Of a DNA stretch of 64,000 nt, positions 1-24,630 are shown in pieces. Within the stretch, counting starts at the first letter, position 1; each line of letters opens with the position of its first letter. This stretch comes from Octopus vulgaris (lineage: Eukaryota): the NCBI GenBank assembly GCA_951406725.2, contig OX597822.1, forward strand, positions 60,822,001-60,886,000. Reading direction: 5' to 3'. The notes below the pieces were generated by a model. The model was given only the letters and a program-made list of their open reading frames with translations, did not search any database and had not been told where the DNA came from. The translations under genes were made by a program, and so were the position numbers.

Positions 1-524
1 ACAAACCAAGGACATTATATAGACCTCCTTGACTCAAGTTAGAGAAGAGGTGTGTATTATACACAAGGTTTAGGTTTTTCAGAGGTACAGCCCCTTAAAA
101 ATCCTCTGCGTATTATACTCAAGGGCAGACTATACTCGAGGATTTACAGTAATTATTATTATAATTTCTGTGAACTCTGTAACATAACTTCTGGTTTAAT
201 TCACAACTCCCCCACTCTCTTATCTTCCCTTTCTCTCTCTCTCTCTCTCTCACTCTGTTTTCTCTCTTTTTGTCTCTCTCTCTCTCACTTTGTATAAATG
301 TATATATGAATTTACACAGACACATACATATATTTCTCAACACTATCACTAAAGACAGATTTTTTTTCATGGTACTCTTTCTTAACATGTCCATGTTCCA
401 GAAGAATACTTTTCACTTGTACTCCTTGATGTTTCAGTATAAACATCACCACTGCCACTACAACTATTTACCATTATCATCTTCTAGAAGATAGTTTTTT
501 AAAATAAAGAAATTGGTTATTTTA

Positions 525-911
525 TCTATATATAAAAGACAGGATGCCGGTGTGTGTAATATGTATGCATTTCTACAGTTTTCAACTGATTTTCCCCAAA
601 CTGTACACACATATTACTTATGTGACAAGGATGATCATGTACTATAATTTTTTGCCCAGAAAGCAAGAAATCAAGTAAAAAGGTGTTTTACATGGGTTTT
701 TCTCTAAAAACAACCGTTTTCAACTGATTCTCTCCCTTTTCTCATTCTCTATTTCTCTTGCTTATATTCTCTCTCACCCTCTGTAATAGTGCCTCTCTTT
801 TAGTCTGTCTTCTTTCCTTCTTTCTTCTTCCCTCTTTCTTTCTTTCGTTGTTTCCTTCTTTCATCCTTTCTTTCTTTCTCCCTCCAGCACTACTTATTTA
901 TCTTTCACTCA

Positions 912-977
<66 letters not shown>

Positions 978-1339
978 ATTTCTCTCAACAACTTTTTCTC
1001 CTCCCTCTCTATGCAAAGTGAAAGCCTTTTTAAAAGTCTGTGTTGCCTTCCCTTTATGTTGTAAGACACATAAACACACATGCAAACAACCAAAAAATAA
1101 CTATGTGAATATACAGTCGCTTTTGTCTTTTTTGAAGTATGTGTTGTTGTGTTGTATTGTGTTGTGTTGTGTTGTGTTGACAGATTTGCACTTTTAATAC
1201 TTCACATGTTTTTAATCTCCACTTGTTAGTTGCTATGGTGACAACCCTACCTAAGTATCTGTCTTTCACTCCCTCTCTCTAATAGATGTTGTGATGGGCA
1301 GACAAACAGGAGATCGGCTTTTCTGTTATAATATAAGAT
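525..1339. mobile_element. Helitron-like 5' ends facing each other, with CT/TA microsatellites between
   Basis: A^TCTATATATAAAA at 525 (+) and A^TCTTATATTATAA at ~1338 (-) resemble the 5' ends of the Helitrons at 5.5-6.4 kb. No 3' CTAG end was found. Confidence 0.35.
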
Positions 1340-1707
1340 TTGAAAAGTTTTCTACTTCTTTAAACCACAGTCTTTGATCAGATTCTCAAAATCAATCTTA
1401 TGTAACTCATCTGTTTCTATACTTAGTAGAGTTAAAGCATTCAGCCTACTTTGTTGCATAATTGCTCTGATGGGATTCATAATGTACTTCAGTGGAGAAA
1501 ATGAATGCTCAGCTGAGTAATTTGTGACCATTAATGTTAATTTACGAATGGCAACGTCTACATTTGGAAAGTCTCACTCAATATTTATTTTAGCAAGTTC
1601 AAAATGATTTATTTTGTCCCATAAACCATTTACCATTTCTGTGGTGCTTCTCCTTCCCTTGGTGTCCAAGAGACATGCTTATTTTGCTTAATGGTTAATC
1701 CAGTGTT

Positions 1708-2110
1708 GACCACATCATACCAACAACACTCTGCCTTGACATAGTGATCTCAAATTTCTCTCAGCAGATAATCATGTAGAAACTGACTGTACTCTGGGAA
1801 GAACATGTCAAGAAGGCTTTTTACCATTGGCTGGTAAAACAATGCAGAAACCAGAGCAGATAGACACTTTACAAGGCAACTGAGGTGGATTGCTGATGTT
1901 CTGTGCAGCATTCACTCTGTGAAACTCTGACTGGGCTTGGAGTTACTGGTGCAGCAAAGAGGAAGACCATAAATTCTATTACTGAAGTTGCAGACAAAGC
2001 CACTAGAAGGCATTAGATAAAGAGGGCAGACCAGTAGTTTTCTGTTGTTGGGTGCAAGCTGGGACTTGATGATCGAAACCAGCTGTGTCAACTAGATGAG
2101 GAGGTTTAAT
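1708..2110 (+). mobile_element. Decayed C-terminus of a REL-endonuclease non-LTR retrotransposon (HERO/R2-like)
   Basis: Reads HIIPTTLCLDIVISNFSQQIIM*KLTVLWEE, a degenerate TTLRPDIV..ELTVPWEE PD-(D/E)xK motif, followed by LGVTGAAKRKTINSITEVADKA. Confidence 0.6.
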
Positions 2111-2119
2111 ATCGAAAGA

Positions 2120-3005
2120 CAATCTGGAAAAGAAAGACTTGGAAGCTTAAGGACCCTTCATATGGTCAGAGATTTGGGGACATCCTAATTGAGAAATTTG
2201 ATGAGAGGGAGGAGGAGTTACAGACTTGTGACATAGAGGGCAACTGGGAATTCCTGTGGAACAGCTTGCTGAGTGCCACACACCAAATCTGCAACTGGTG
2301 CAAATTCCCATCCAGACCTAGGGTGACGTGGTGGTGAAACGATGTGGTAGACAGGGCCATTAAAGCAAAGAAACAGGCCTGGAAGAGTGGGGGTAGCAGG
2401 GAACTGTATCAGATAACCAGAAAGAAAGCTAGGAGACAGGTATGTTTAGCCAAGGGACAAGCAGAAAAGACGTTTGCCTATGTTCAGTGACATGAGAACC
2501 AAAGACTTGAAATGTTTCAGATTGCAAGACTGTATGTGAGAGAAAATTGTGATGTCATAGGAGAGAAATGTGTTCACATAGATGATGGCACATTTGCATT
2601 TAATGATTCTGTAAAAAAAGAGGCTTGGAAATGCCATTATGAAAGACTGCTGAACATGGAGAGTGAATGAGAGGAGGAGAGTCTGCCAAATGTTGACCCA
2701 ATTGAGAGACCAGCTATCCAAATCAACAGTACTTTGGTAGATAAAGCAATTAAGATTATGAAAACAGGGAAATCTCCCAGCCCATCAGGAATCACCGCTG
2801 AGATGGTTAAAATATCTGGTGGTGGATATTCATCTAGTTACTTGTACTGTAAATCAGGTGGTTCACAAAGGATTCATATCCAATGACTGATGTAACAGCA
2901 CCATAATCAACTGCTACAAAAGTAAAGGTGATGCCTTAGATAAAAATAATTACAGAGGTATCAAATTGTTGGATCAGATGATAACAGTTACAGAGAGGGT
3001 CACAG
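2120..3005 (+). mobile_element. RTE-clade LINE fragment (linker and start of RT), pseudogenised
   Basis: Broken frames read WKLKD..TWW*NDVVDRAIKAKKQAWK..WKCHYERLLN..MKTGKSPSPSGITAEM..YKSKGDALDKNNYRGIKLL. Confidence 0.85.
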
Positions 3006-3491
3006 GGAAGTCGTTAATTTGCAATGTATAAAGTAAATTTACAACTTTTGCCTGTATTAATTGTTTTCATTGTTTCATTGTTAAAAGCTTATACAATCCA
3101 TTTTTAGAGTAAAATTTATAAGGTATCATCCATGTTAAGGTAGTTTAGTCAAGATACTTCAATTGCCACTTAGGTGGGTGTCAGGCATTATAACCACTTA
3201 AAAGGAGCACTACAGAACCACTGATATATAAGATTGCATTGTTTATACCATTTATTCTTTTGAATAGTATCAGTGGAATTTTCGAAACATGTGTCAAAAG
3301 TAAAAATATTTGATTACACCTGCGTTAACTCCATTTTTTTATTCATATTATTCAAAATATTCAATGTAAACACGAAGTTTCTACCTTTATAAACAAGGAG
3401 TTACAACACCTTTACTTGTGAGATTTTTGCTGCCTGGTAACTATTTATTTTTTTTTTCCGTGTCAATTGTTAACAAGGTAAAAATACACTC

Positions 3492-3539
<48 letters not shown>

Positions 3540-3541
<2 letters not shown>

Positions 3542-3770
3542 TTTATCTTCGATTTGTTTCAATCATTAGACTGTGGCACCAACTTTAATTTTTTTAAAGT
3601 CAAATGAATCGACTCCAGTACTTCTTTTATAACACTGGTTTTTATTCTATCAATCTCTTTTGCCAAACCCCTAAGTTACAGGGATGTAAACACACCAACA
3701 CTGCTTGTCAAGGAACAAACATAGACAGAAAGACACACACACATATACATATACAACAGGTTTCTTTCAG
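3540..3770 (-). mobile_element. SINE family B, 3' part
   Basis: Reverse complement of the ...gagaccgatagaataagtac...gactgaaacaagtaaaag segment seen at 56.3-56.5 kb. Confidence 0.7.
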
Positions 3771-3789
3771 TTATGTGTAGCCTGATATC

Positions 3790-4480
3790 TCTAGAAAGAT
3801 GAAGTTCTGAGAAGGAAGGACTGAGTGAAGAGGTTAGTGTGGAGTATATGGAGGTAGAAACAAAATGAATGATATCAATAGGAGAAACATATGAATCAAG
3901 TGTACTTGAGAGGGGATGGTTTGAGACCAGTTAGCTCGGTGGAGCAGAGTCCATTGTAGTAGTGGTAGATAAATTAAGTAGAGAGAGAAAACAACACATC
4001 TATAAGACAAGGCTGAAGCTTGTCTCAGAGTGGTATTATGCTGATCAGTCATGCAGCCTTTTTTCTGAACGTAGTTTGTGTAGTAGCAGTGCTATTCTAG
4101 CTGTGGGAGTAGTACTCTACTGCGGTTCTTACCTGAGCTTTATAGTGAGTTAGTAGTTGTTATGGAATAAAGTATTTTCTTGATCTGAAGAGAAAGTCGA
4201 ATTTTTCTGAATCTATCTTTGCAATGTTAAACATGTGTATTCACCTCAGCAATAATGAGGTCTAGCATTTTGAGTAGCCATAAATACTAGTTGTTTGCTG
4301 CTCTTGTTTATGTTAGGAATATGATGTGCAATAATATTAGCAGTAATCTTGTTTATTGGTTGTTGAAGAAAACAAGAGTGTATTGGGACATTTTTAAGAT
4401 CCCTGTTTATAGAGTCAGTTCATGAAGTCAGATATGTCACGAGGTGTCTAGTTTGTTATGTAGTATACATATGTGCATGG
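3790..4480 (-). mobile_element. CR1/L2/Jockey-type LINE RT C-terminal relic
   Basis: The minus strand reads FNIAK..FLFRSRKYF..QLLTHYKAQVR..EYYSH and YHYYNGLCSTEL, typical post-RT motifs. Confidence 0.65.
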
Positions 4481-4781
4481 TTGGGAGCATGATAGAATTA
4501 GAAGAACATAACTCTAGAGATTTACCTTATGTATGCAACATGTACTTAGATGCAAAGCAAATAGTGGGTGAAGGCTTTAGTGAATTGAGTTTTACTCACA
4601 GACTCAGGTGGCTAAGAAGTAGAGGAAAGGAGAATTCCAGAAAATCAGTGGAAGTCTTTTCGGTAAGGAACCAGGAGTATTAGTCTGAGAAACAGGAGAA
4701 CTTAAAGATTGTTTTTGTTTTCTTTTCTCATTGTGTTCAACGTTTTTTTTTTATGTCCTGTACCCATATATGCATGAATGC

Positions 4782-4799
<18 letters not shown>

Positions 4800-4812
<13 letters not shown>

Positions 4813-5285
4813 TCAACTTGTGTGTCTGTCTGTGTATCTGCATGTGTGTCTGTGTGTTTAACTTCCCGGCACATCTCCTCCTAACCAACAAATCGTAGAA
4901 CCACCAAAAATGGTCACTTAAAGTTTAGGCAAATGGAAATTGAACTGCACTATTTCTGTTCCGAAATTCATCTCGCAAGTGCAAAAATCGATAATATGTT
5001 TGTTTAGGCCTTATCCCATGCATTGAATAGTGAACTTTACTCAGTCAGCTGTTTGACGTGAACTGTGTTCACCATGTGTGCAAGCATGCGTTAATTGCAT
5101 GAAAAATAAAAAATCAAGTTATAAAAACGAATCACCGTAATCATTGTAGAAATTTGGCAAAGAAGTGAATTTTTGGGATGTAGCCTGGAGGGTTTTTTCG
5201 TATTAATCGTTTGGACTTTGTGAACACATACCAATTGTTTTCATAACATTTTTAACACTTTGAATTAAATGTGACCATTTTGCGT
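4800..5285 (+). mobile_element. Non-autonomous Helitron-like element, copy 1 (3' end not seen)
   Basis: Roughly 90% identical by eye to 5894-6350. A short 5' fragment of the same family restarts at 5399. Confidence 0.65.
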
Positions 5286-5506
5286 TGAGTCTGCAGATTG
5301 AATCACTTTAACCAAATTTTAGCAGGCCGGATTTCTGATTATCACGATACATTGCCAGCGATTCCCTGAAACTCTCCCCTGAAATCCCCATTGAGAAATC
5401 TATATATATAAAACTCAACTTGTGTGTCTGTGTGTGTATCTGTGTGTGTTTAACTTTTGGATCTACCAAGTTTCATTATTAAGGATGGAAAGTAGTGTGT
5501 AGCAAA

Positions 5507-5893
5507 TCTATATATATGAAGCTAAAGTTGTCTGTGTGGCAGGTTTGGTAGCCTTCAACTAACACTATCTCCTTCAAGACCCTGCAGCGCAAGTTGACCA
5601 AAATTGACAGTATGATAGAAGAAGGCTTGCTCTTCATTCTGTGGAAGATAAAATTCAAATCAGACCATGTTAACACCAAAAATTATTTACATCAAAAAGG
5701 TGCTTTTTTTCTATGAAAATCTCTATTTTTTACGATTTTTGACTGCTGTGTCACCATTTTTCGGTGTATTTCAACTGGAAAAATGTTCACTTGAAGAGAA
5801 TAACAAGTTGCATAATGCAAAATTTTTACTTTTCAAACATTCCAATTCTAAAGGGTCAAAACAAACCCAAGCAACACCGGGTGATACTACTAG
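5507..5893 (+). mobile_element. Non-autonomous Helitron (family 2)
   Basis: A^TC start, subterminal CCC..CGGG hairpin remnant, CTAG^T end; no TIR or TSD. Confidence 0.75.
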
Positions 5894-6373
5894 TCTACAT
5901 ATATATAAAACTCAACTTGTGTGTCTGTGTGTTTAACTTCCTGGCACGTCTCCTAGCCAACAAATCGTAGAACCACCAAAAATGGGTCACTTAAAGTTTA
6001 GGCAAATGAAAATTGAACTGCGCTATTTCTGTTCCGAAATTCATCTTGCAAGTGCAAAAATCGATAATGTGTTTGTTTAGACCTTATCCCATGCATTAAA
6101 TAGTGAACTTTACTCAGCTGTTTGACGTGAACTGTGTTCACCACGCGTGCAAGCATGTGTAAATTGCATGAAAAATAAAAAATCAAGATATAAAAACGAA
6201 TTGCCGTAAACATTGTAGAAATTCGGCAAAGAAATGAATTTTCGGGATGTAGCCTGGAGGGTTTTTTCGTATTAATCGTTTGGACTTTGTGAACACATAC
6301 CAATTGTTTTCATAACATTTTTAACGCTTTGAATTAAATTTGACCATTTTGCAAAGCCGGGCAATACTGCTAG
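5894..6373 (+). mobile_element. Non-autonomous Helitron (family 1, copy 2)
   Basis: TC start directly after the CTAG of the previous element; ends GCAAAGCCGGGCAATACTGCTAG^T. Confidence 0.75.
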
Positions 6374-7252
6374 TATATATATATATGTACATATATGTAT
6401 GTATATATGCATATATTTATATATTATTTATATCATTATATGATCGAACGCCATGCATCCTTTTGCAAGTGAGTTTTATCTTAATAATTACAATGCACAC
6501 TCTTCTATCTTTACTATCTCTTCTCTGTTCTTCATCCTTTCTGGGTTTTCTCTCCCACCCTTCCCTATTATTCTCCTCTCCCCTTCACTGTTCCCTCTCT
6601 CTCACTCCTCCTCCTCAACTCTCTAATCGCTGACACATGACGAGAGGGAATCTATCTTTCTGACTACTACCTTTGCAAAGACTAAACATGCTTATACTGT
6701 CTCTTCATAAGCTTGTCTCCTTAAGCGTTCAGAATAATTTTTCCATCGTCTTGGCTTAACAGCCCTCATTGTTTGTTTTTACCGCTGTGTTCTCATTGTT
6801 CTGTCTTTTACTGTTTTAACTTTTTTATTGCTTTTACTGTTTTATTCTCACTGTCCTGTTCTTGTTACCACTTTCACCCCCAGTAAAAAATTCCAAATTA
6901 ATTTGCTTTGCGGGAAGGACTTTTCATTGAAGTTGCGTCTTGTCCTTGCCTTCGAAATGTGGAGTAGTTGAAACAGGGTCAACTGAAGAAGGGGAATATT
7001 CTTTATTTTGTATGTCTCGTTTCTTTGTTTGTTTTTTTTCGTTGTCCCCCCAAAAAAGTTTGTTTCTATGTTTTTGTTTTTATGTTTTCGTTTCTCAATT
7101 GTGTTCAACGTTTTGTTTTGTGTCCTGTACCTGTATATGCATGTATATATACATATATATGTAGCTATGTACATATATGTATATATATATATGCATATAT
7201 TTATATATTATTTATATTATTATATGATCGAATGCCACACATCCTTTTCCAA

Positions 7253-7294
<42 letters not shown>

Positions 7295-7619
7295 TACAGT
7301 TCCATTATAGGTAGGATCAACGAAAAAAGTACTCCATCCTGTGAGAGATAAATATAATTTAATATACTCAATTACAAAAGTTGTACTAATATTTTCATGC
7401 TTTAAAAAACATTAATTTGGCAGATTTATAAAACATGCCATGTATCTCCAAGCAATCTTTTAGGCTCAATTCATAATGTTAGGTGTATTTATAAACCAGG
7501 ATGCTAATGAATGAGAAAACATGAGAAAAACAAGAAGAGAAGCAAAGTAAGAAAACCAATATCTTTGTCCTGTAGAAATCATAATTAATGTAGCTGGGGC
7601 AGAATAATATAACAAGGTT

Positions 7620-8060
7620 AATTTTTGATAAAGCAGCCCCCTACTATAACAATGTCCTAGCTAATAGCAGCTTCAAAGATGAGATATCATATAACCCTTC
7701 AGTTAAAAATATGGATCCTAAAAATAGACCTAGGAAAATAATATCCTTCAGATATGCTTTCTCTTTAAATATTAAGACTAACATAGCATTATTAAATAAT
7801 TTTTAAAAGACACTCGATAAAAATTTCATACAGCTGCAGCCCCAATATGAAGGACATTATCACTCCCAATTGTAACTGTGGAAACCCTGCAGTTTGCCTG
7901 GTTGATCATGCATATCTGATAAATATGGTTGTTTATGATGTCAAAGTTACAGTAGTGCTCCAAAACAACATAATTGAGAAGAAATATTACACAGGTTTAT
8001 GCCAAGGCAATTTTAAAAGTTGTTATGCAAACCACCAGTCTTCTTCCTGACACATTCATA
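7620..8060 (+). mobile_element. Penelope-like element relic (RT thumb/linker and GIY-YIG endonuclease start)
   Basis: FDKAAPYYNNVLANSSFK, KNRPRKII, FSLNIKTNI, SCSPNMKDII, CNC....C, VVY..KV..KKYYTGLCQGNFKSCYANHQSS match the PLE pattern CNC..CP..VVY..YIG..FK.RY.NH. Confidence 0.75.
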
Positions 8061-8639
8061 AAAATAAGGCTGCTATGTTGGCTAGCCATGTATGGGATTA
8101 TATTTAGTCCCCTGTCACCAGGGTGGGAAAAAAAAAACTATCTGTATTGGCTTCAAATGTTTCCAGTAGATCAAAGCAGGCTTCCACTCTTCTCTTCTCC
8201 AAATCAAGAGTCAACTTCCAAGATACCCACTTTGCACACATTTACCAATTCTTAAAGTCTTCCAGTCTTCTGCAATGCATTGTGATTGCATTGTGATCTC
8301 AGAAAGAAAAGAACATTTTCTCACAAACTTTTAGAACTTTATTTACATACATTACATTTTCATATCTAAAACGACTACCATACATAGTTATGTCACAGGA
8401 CAAAAAAAAAACAAAAACAAAACATACAAGTAAGTGTGCAAAAGCAAGAAAAAATGTACAGTAGAGCAAACAATGAAAAAAATGTCCCAATTATTCAAAT
8501 AAGTTATGTGGAAGGTAGCAACAGTAACAACAACAACATTGGCAACTCTTAAACAAATTCAAACATTATAGTCCATTCATATTGCAGCTGTGTGGAAACA
8601 AATTTTCTCTCAACACTAAATGAGTAGACAAAATGTTTA

Positions 8640-9300
8640 CATCACAGTTGCAAAAGAAAATATGTAAATGGAAGAGTTTTGTAAAACACAACAGCCTTTT
8701 TTGCCAAATGATATAATCCAGGAGAGGGCAAAGAGAAAAATATATATATCACTACTTATGAAAAGACACAAGCAGATGAAAATTCTCCACATATCAATTA
8801 GTACAACAGTCCCCCAAAGACATATTGGGAGAAGCTATCTTGATTGAAAAAGCAGAAGTTATGGCACTATTTGTTGTACCTTTAAAACTGAAAATGCAGC
8901 CAAAACACTGGCTAAAATTGTCATGTATATCTTTGGTGCTACAGTACATGAGTCAATCAGACATGAGAGTGACAATAAGAGATATTAGACATGACCTATA
9001 GCTAGTATTGACTTTTGTGTAGCTGTATGGGAGAATGATCAATACAGACTTATCTAAAGGTGATGAAAGGTAATCCAATACCCTGTGGTCAGTGGATGTC
9101 AAAATGAACTTGTACATTGTAATGACCCCAGAAGGCCACAAGGATATACAGAAATTGTGCCTAATAGAAGGCACCAAAATTAATGATATAGTTAAGAAAA
9201 CATAGTTGCTATTTTTCTCAGTGTAAAACACACCTTAGAGCTGAATGTCCCAAAGAATACAGAAGAATAAACAAAAACACACAAAAAAATGAAAACAACG
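8640..9300 (+). mobile_element. Possible decayed LINE ORF1 (gag-like) with CCHC knuckle remnant
   Basis: CYFSQCKTHLRAECP near 9207-9251, and CTFKTENAAKT resembling the ORF1 at 25.5-26.2 kb. Many stops. Confidence 0.4.
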
Positions 9301-9837
9301 AAAATCAACAACAAAAGAACTACAAACCCCAGTTTCCAAAGCACCACCATTCAAAATTCTGGGAACAGCAAAGCAAATATCTTTTAGCCCAGCAAAACAA
9401 ATAGATGAGCAAATACCCTGTCCTCTAACAGTATCAACCTGTTGTAAGAAAATACGATAGATGAAAAAATCACAAAAAAGGCACAAAACAGTCTAATCTA
9501 TTTTCTTTGTTCTATGTTTATGAGAAACAATTTCTTTTGAAATGACAGCAAAATCATTCCTCTGCAAAATAACAAAGAAAATGTAGAAGACAAAAGTAAT
9601 TAATATCTAAGATTTTTTTTTTACAATAATAAATCTCTGAGCGAGGTATAACCAGTAGCTGCATGAGATCATGAAGTATATTTGCCATTTAAATGTGGCT
9701 AACCCTTAAGGGTGGTTGCTACTGTAGCTTGTAGCCCCAGGAGGACACCTCCTCCAGCTGACTATTGACACACTTTTTGTGCCCTATCAGTATTTGCAAA
9801 GGGAAGCCATCCTTCCGATCTGCAATCTGACATAATA

Positions 9838-9882
9838 CACATGGACTCGAGTTTCTGGGTATTGACCCGTCATCAGCGTGTG
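9838..9882 (-). ncRNA. Minimal type-I hammerhead ribozyme motif (mirror copy)
   Basis: Identical core on the minus strand; the 3' strand of stem I is catgtg. Confidence 0.7.
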
Positions 9883-9967
9883 ACAATCACCGATTGCTGA
9901 TGAAAAGTGGGTTCCCTTTGCAAATATATATCCTTTTTTCCACTTTTCATTGTCAATCAGTGATTGT

Positions 9968-10012
9968 CACACGCTGATGACGGGTCAATACCCAGAAACT
10001 CGAGTCCTTGTG
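9968..10012 (+). ncRNA. Minimal type-I hammerhead ribozyme motif (possibly degenerate)
   Basis: cacacg-CTGATGA-cGGGT-caat-ACCCa-GAAA-C-tcga-G-TC-cttgtg: both core boxes, stem II, a palindromic minimal helix III and a GUC site. Confidence 0.7.
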
Positions 10013-11099
10013 TATCATGTCAGATTGAAGATGGGAAGGATGTCTTCCCTTTGCAAATACTAATAGGGCACAGAAAGTGTGTCAATAGTCAGCTGGAGGA
10101 GGTGTCTTCCTGGGGCTACAAGCTACAGTAGCAACCACCCTTAAGGGTTAGCCACATTTAAGTGGCAAATATACTTCACATTTTTTTTTAGATTCTGGAG
10201 TTACAGACTTTCTGAAAGGTTTGGAATGACACAAGAATTGTTAAGTTGAGAATATAAACATCATGCAAAAAAGAAAATTAAAACATCATATCAAACTTTT
10301 TTTTAAAATACTGTCAAGATGCTGGTGCTTTTCAGTATCAAAATACATTAAAAAAAAATGCCTAGTGATACATTTGTTTGCACTCAAATACAATCTGAAA
10401 TGTGTTTAAGTGAACGGGATCATTGAGTACCCAATTCAACCTAACCAAAAAATCATTCATTGCTTATTTTTGTAAATTATTCTTTGTTTTAATTATTCTG
10501 TTATAATTGTACCTTTTAAATTTTTTCTATGTAAATATGTTTATATGCATACATATATGTACATGTATGCATATATTTGTGCATATGTGTATTTATATGT
10601 ATATGCACATGTGTGTGTGTGTGTGCCTTTTAAGTTCTAAAATTCTTAAAATATCCTACCATATATTGTTCAATGTCGCATACCTTCTTTCATAATTTGT
10701 AACTATGTTTTTTTTTTGTTTTTATAGTTCACTTTATACTTCCTTTGTAACCTCAAGTAAAAGTTTTATATTTTTTGTATCTTATCAAGCCCTTGTAGCT
10801 AATAAAGAAAGGTCCATCATTATTGTTATTATTATTATTATTATTATCATTATTGAGTGAGAGAGCAATGCATGCCATCAAAGTGACAATGGGGTACAAA
10901 TGACAATCAATAATTAATACATTGGGGTACAAATGAAACCCAAGATACCCATCATGACTACCTGTCTGATAAGGGTACACCAGGCACACATATCACAAAC
11001 CTTATGTTTGCAACATGGTGATCTCATATCAAGATAAATAGCACATGGCCTTGCAGGTGGAGCCCAGTTAGAATTTTCTACAGGTTGAGTAGACCAGCA

Positions 11100-11530
11100 A
11101 GCTGGCAGAATAGTTAGCATGCTGGACAAAATGGTTTGTGGTATTTCATCCATCTTTACATTTTGAGTTCAAATTCTACCAAGGTCAACTGTGCTTTTCA
11201 TCCTTTCAGGGTCAATAAATTAGGTACCAGTAAAATACTGGGGTCAATGTAATTGACTGGTCCCCTCCACCAAAATTTCAGGCTTTGTGCCTTTAGTAAA
11301 AAAGATTATTATTATTATTGTTAGTATGCTGGGCAAAATGCATAGCAGCATTTCATCCGTCCTTACATTCTGAGTTCAAATTCCACCAAAGTCAACTTTC
11401 AACTTTACCTTTCCTCTTTCTGAGGCTCAATAAAGTGAGTACCAGTTGAGCACTGGGGGGGGGGGGGGTGTAATTGACTCACCCTTCTCCTAAAATTACT
11501 GGCCTTGTGCCGAAATTTGGAACCATTATA
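11100..11530 (+). mobile_element. Two tandem SINE family A copies
   Basis: gctggcagaatagttagc...gagttcaaattc...ctttcatcctttc.gggtc.ataaa..agtaccag occurs twice. Confidence 0.8.
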
Positions 11531-11605
11531 GTTATTATAAACAAAAAGCCTATTACCTTGTAATATATTTCAATGTCTCGTTATTTCCTTTTGGAGATCC
11601 TTAAG

Positions 11606-24009
<12,404 letters not shown>

Positions 24010-24261
24010 TGTTGCTTTAGTTAATGTAATATTAGAGTGGCGGTAGAGAGTAGGTGATCGTACTGGTGCAGTAACTCTGTAGTAGCAGCGGTGACGGCCG
24101 CGATAGTGTAGGGACAAAGGTAGTGGTAGTGGTAGTGACCGAGATTGTGTAGAGGTGGTGGTAGTGACGGTGTAATGACACTGTATAGACTGTGTAGAGG
24201 CAGTGGTTGTGGTGGCGAGGTGCGAAGAGAAATTGTTTCTCCCAAAAGTACAGAACGCGTC

Positions 24262-24276
24262 GTTGTTATTGGCAAC
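24262..24276. promoter_or_regulatory. Candidate RFX X-box upstream of CFAP119
   Basis: GTTGTT-ATT-GGCAAC is an imperfect palindrome with a canonical GGCAAC half-site, ~250 bp upstream of the ATG of a ciliary gene and in a locally CpG-rich stretch. Confidence 0.5.
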
Positions 24277-24630
24277 AAATGTAAGGGAGGTAACAAATAA
24301 ACGCTCTAATTTAAACACGAGACTGCAGGATCGGACGAAGCTTGTAGTTTTGTTACGATGAATAAAAGGAAGGGATCCTTTGTCTGCGAAAGGAAGGTCC
24401 TGCTAAAAACATCAGATTTTCTTTTTCATATTCGTTTAGAGCAAGTTGTTTTACACCTATTACACTATTTTTCTTTTGTTTTTTGTTTTTTTTTTGCTCG
24501 GGCCAAACGCTTTAGTTTAACCAAGCCGGTTACATCGACTCCAGTGCGTAACTGGTTCTTATTTAATCGACCCCGAAAGGATGAAAGGCAAAGTCGACCT
24601 TTGAACTCTAATACCGCTAAGTATTTCGCA

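Larger units (their letters stand above)
9672..10178. repeat. Long inverted repeat (two 239-bp arms, 29-bp loop), probably inverted Penelope-like pLTRs
   Basis: 9672-9910 is the reverse complement of 9940-10178 with about 13 mismatches (counted by hand). Confidence 0.92.

Noticed and set aside
1229-1242. Good X-box match GTTGCTATGGTGAC
   Set aside because: It lies inside repeat-derived sequence with no nearby gene start in the window.
52-1269. Short ORFs rich in SL/YI/CV dipeptides (also at 6.3-7.3, 10.5, 19.0, 21.1 kb and elsewhere)
   Set aside because: They are translations of (CT)n, (TA)n and (GT)n microsatellites with no coding signal.
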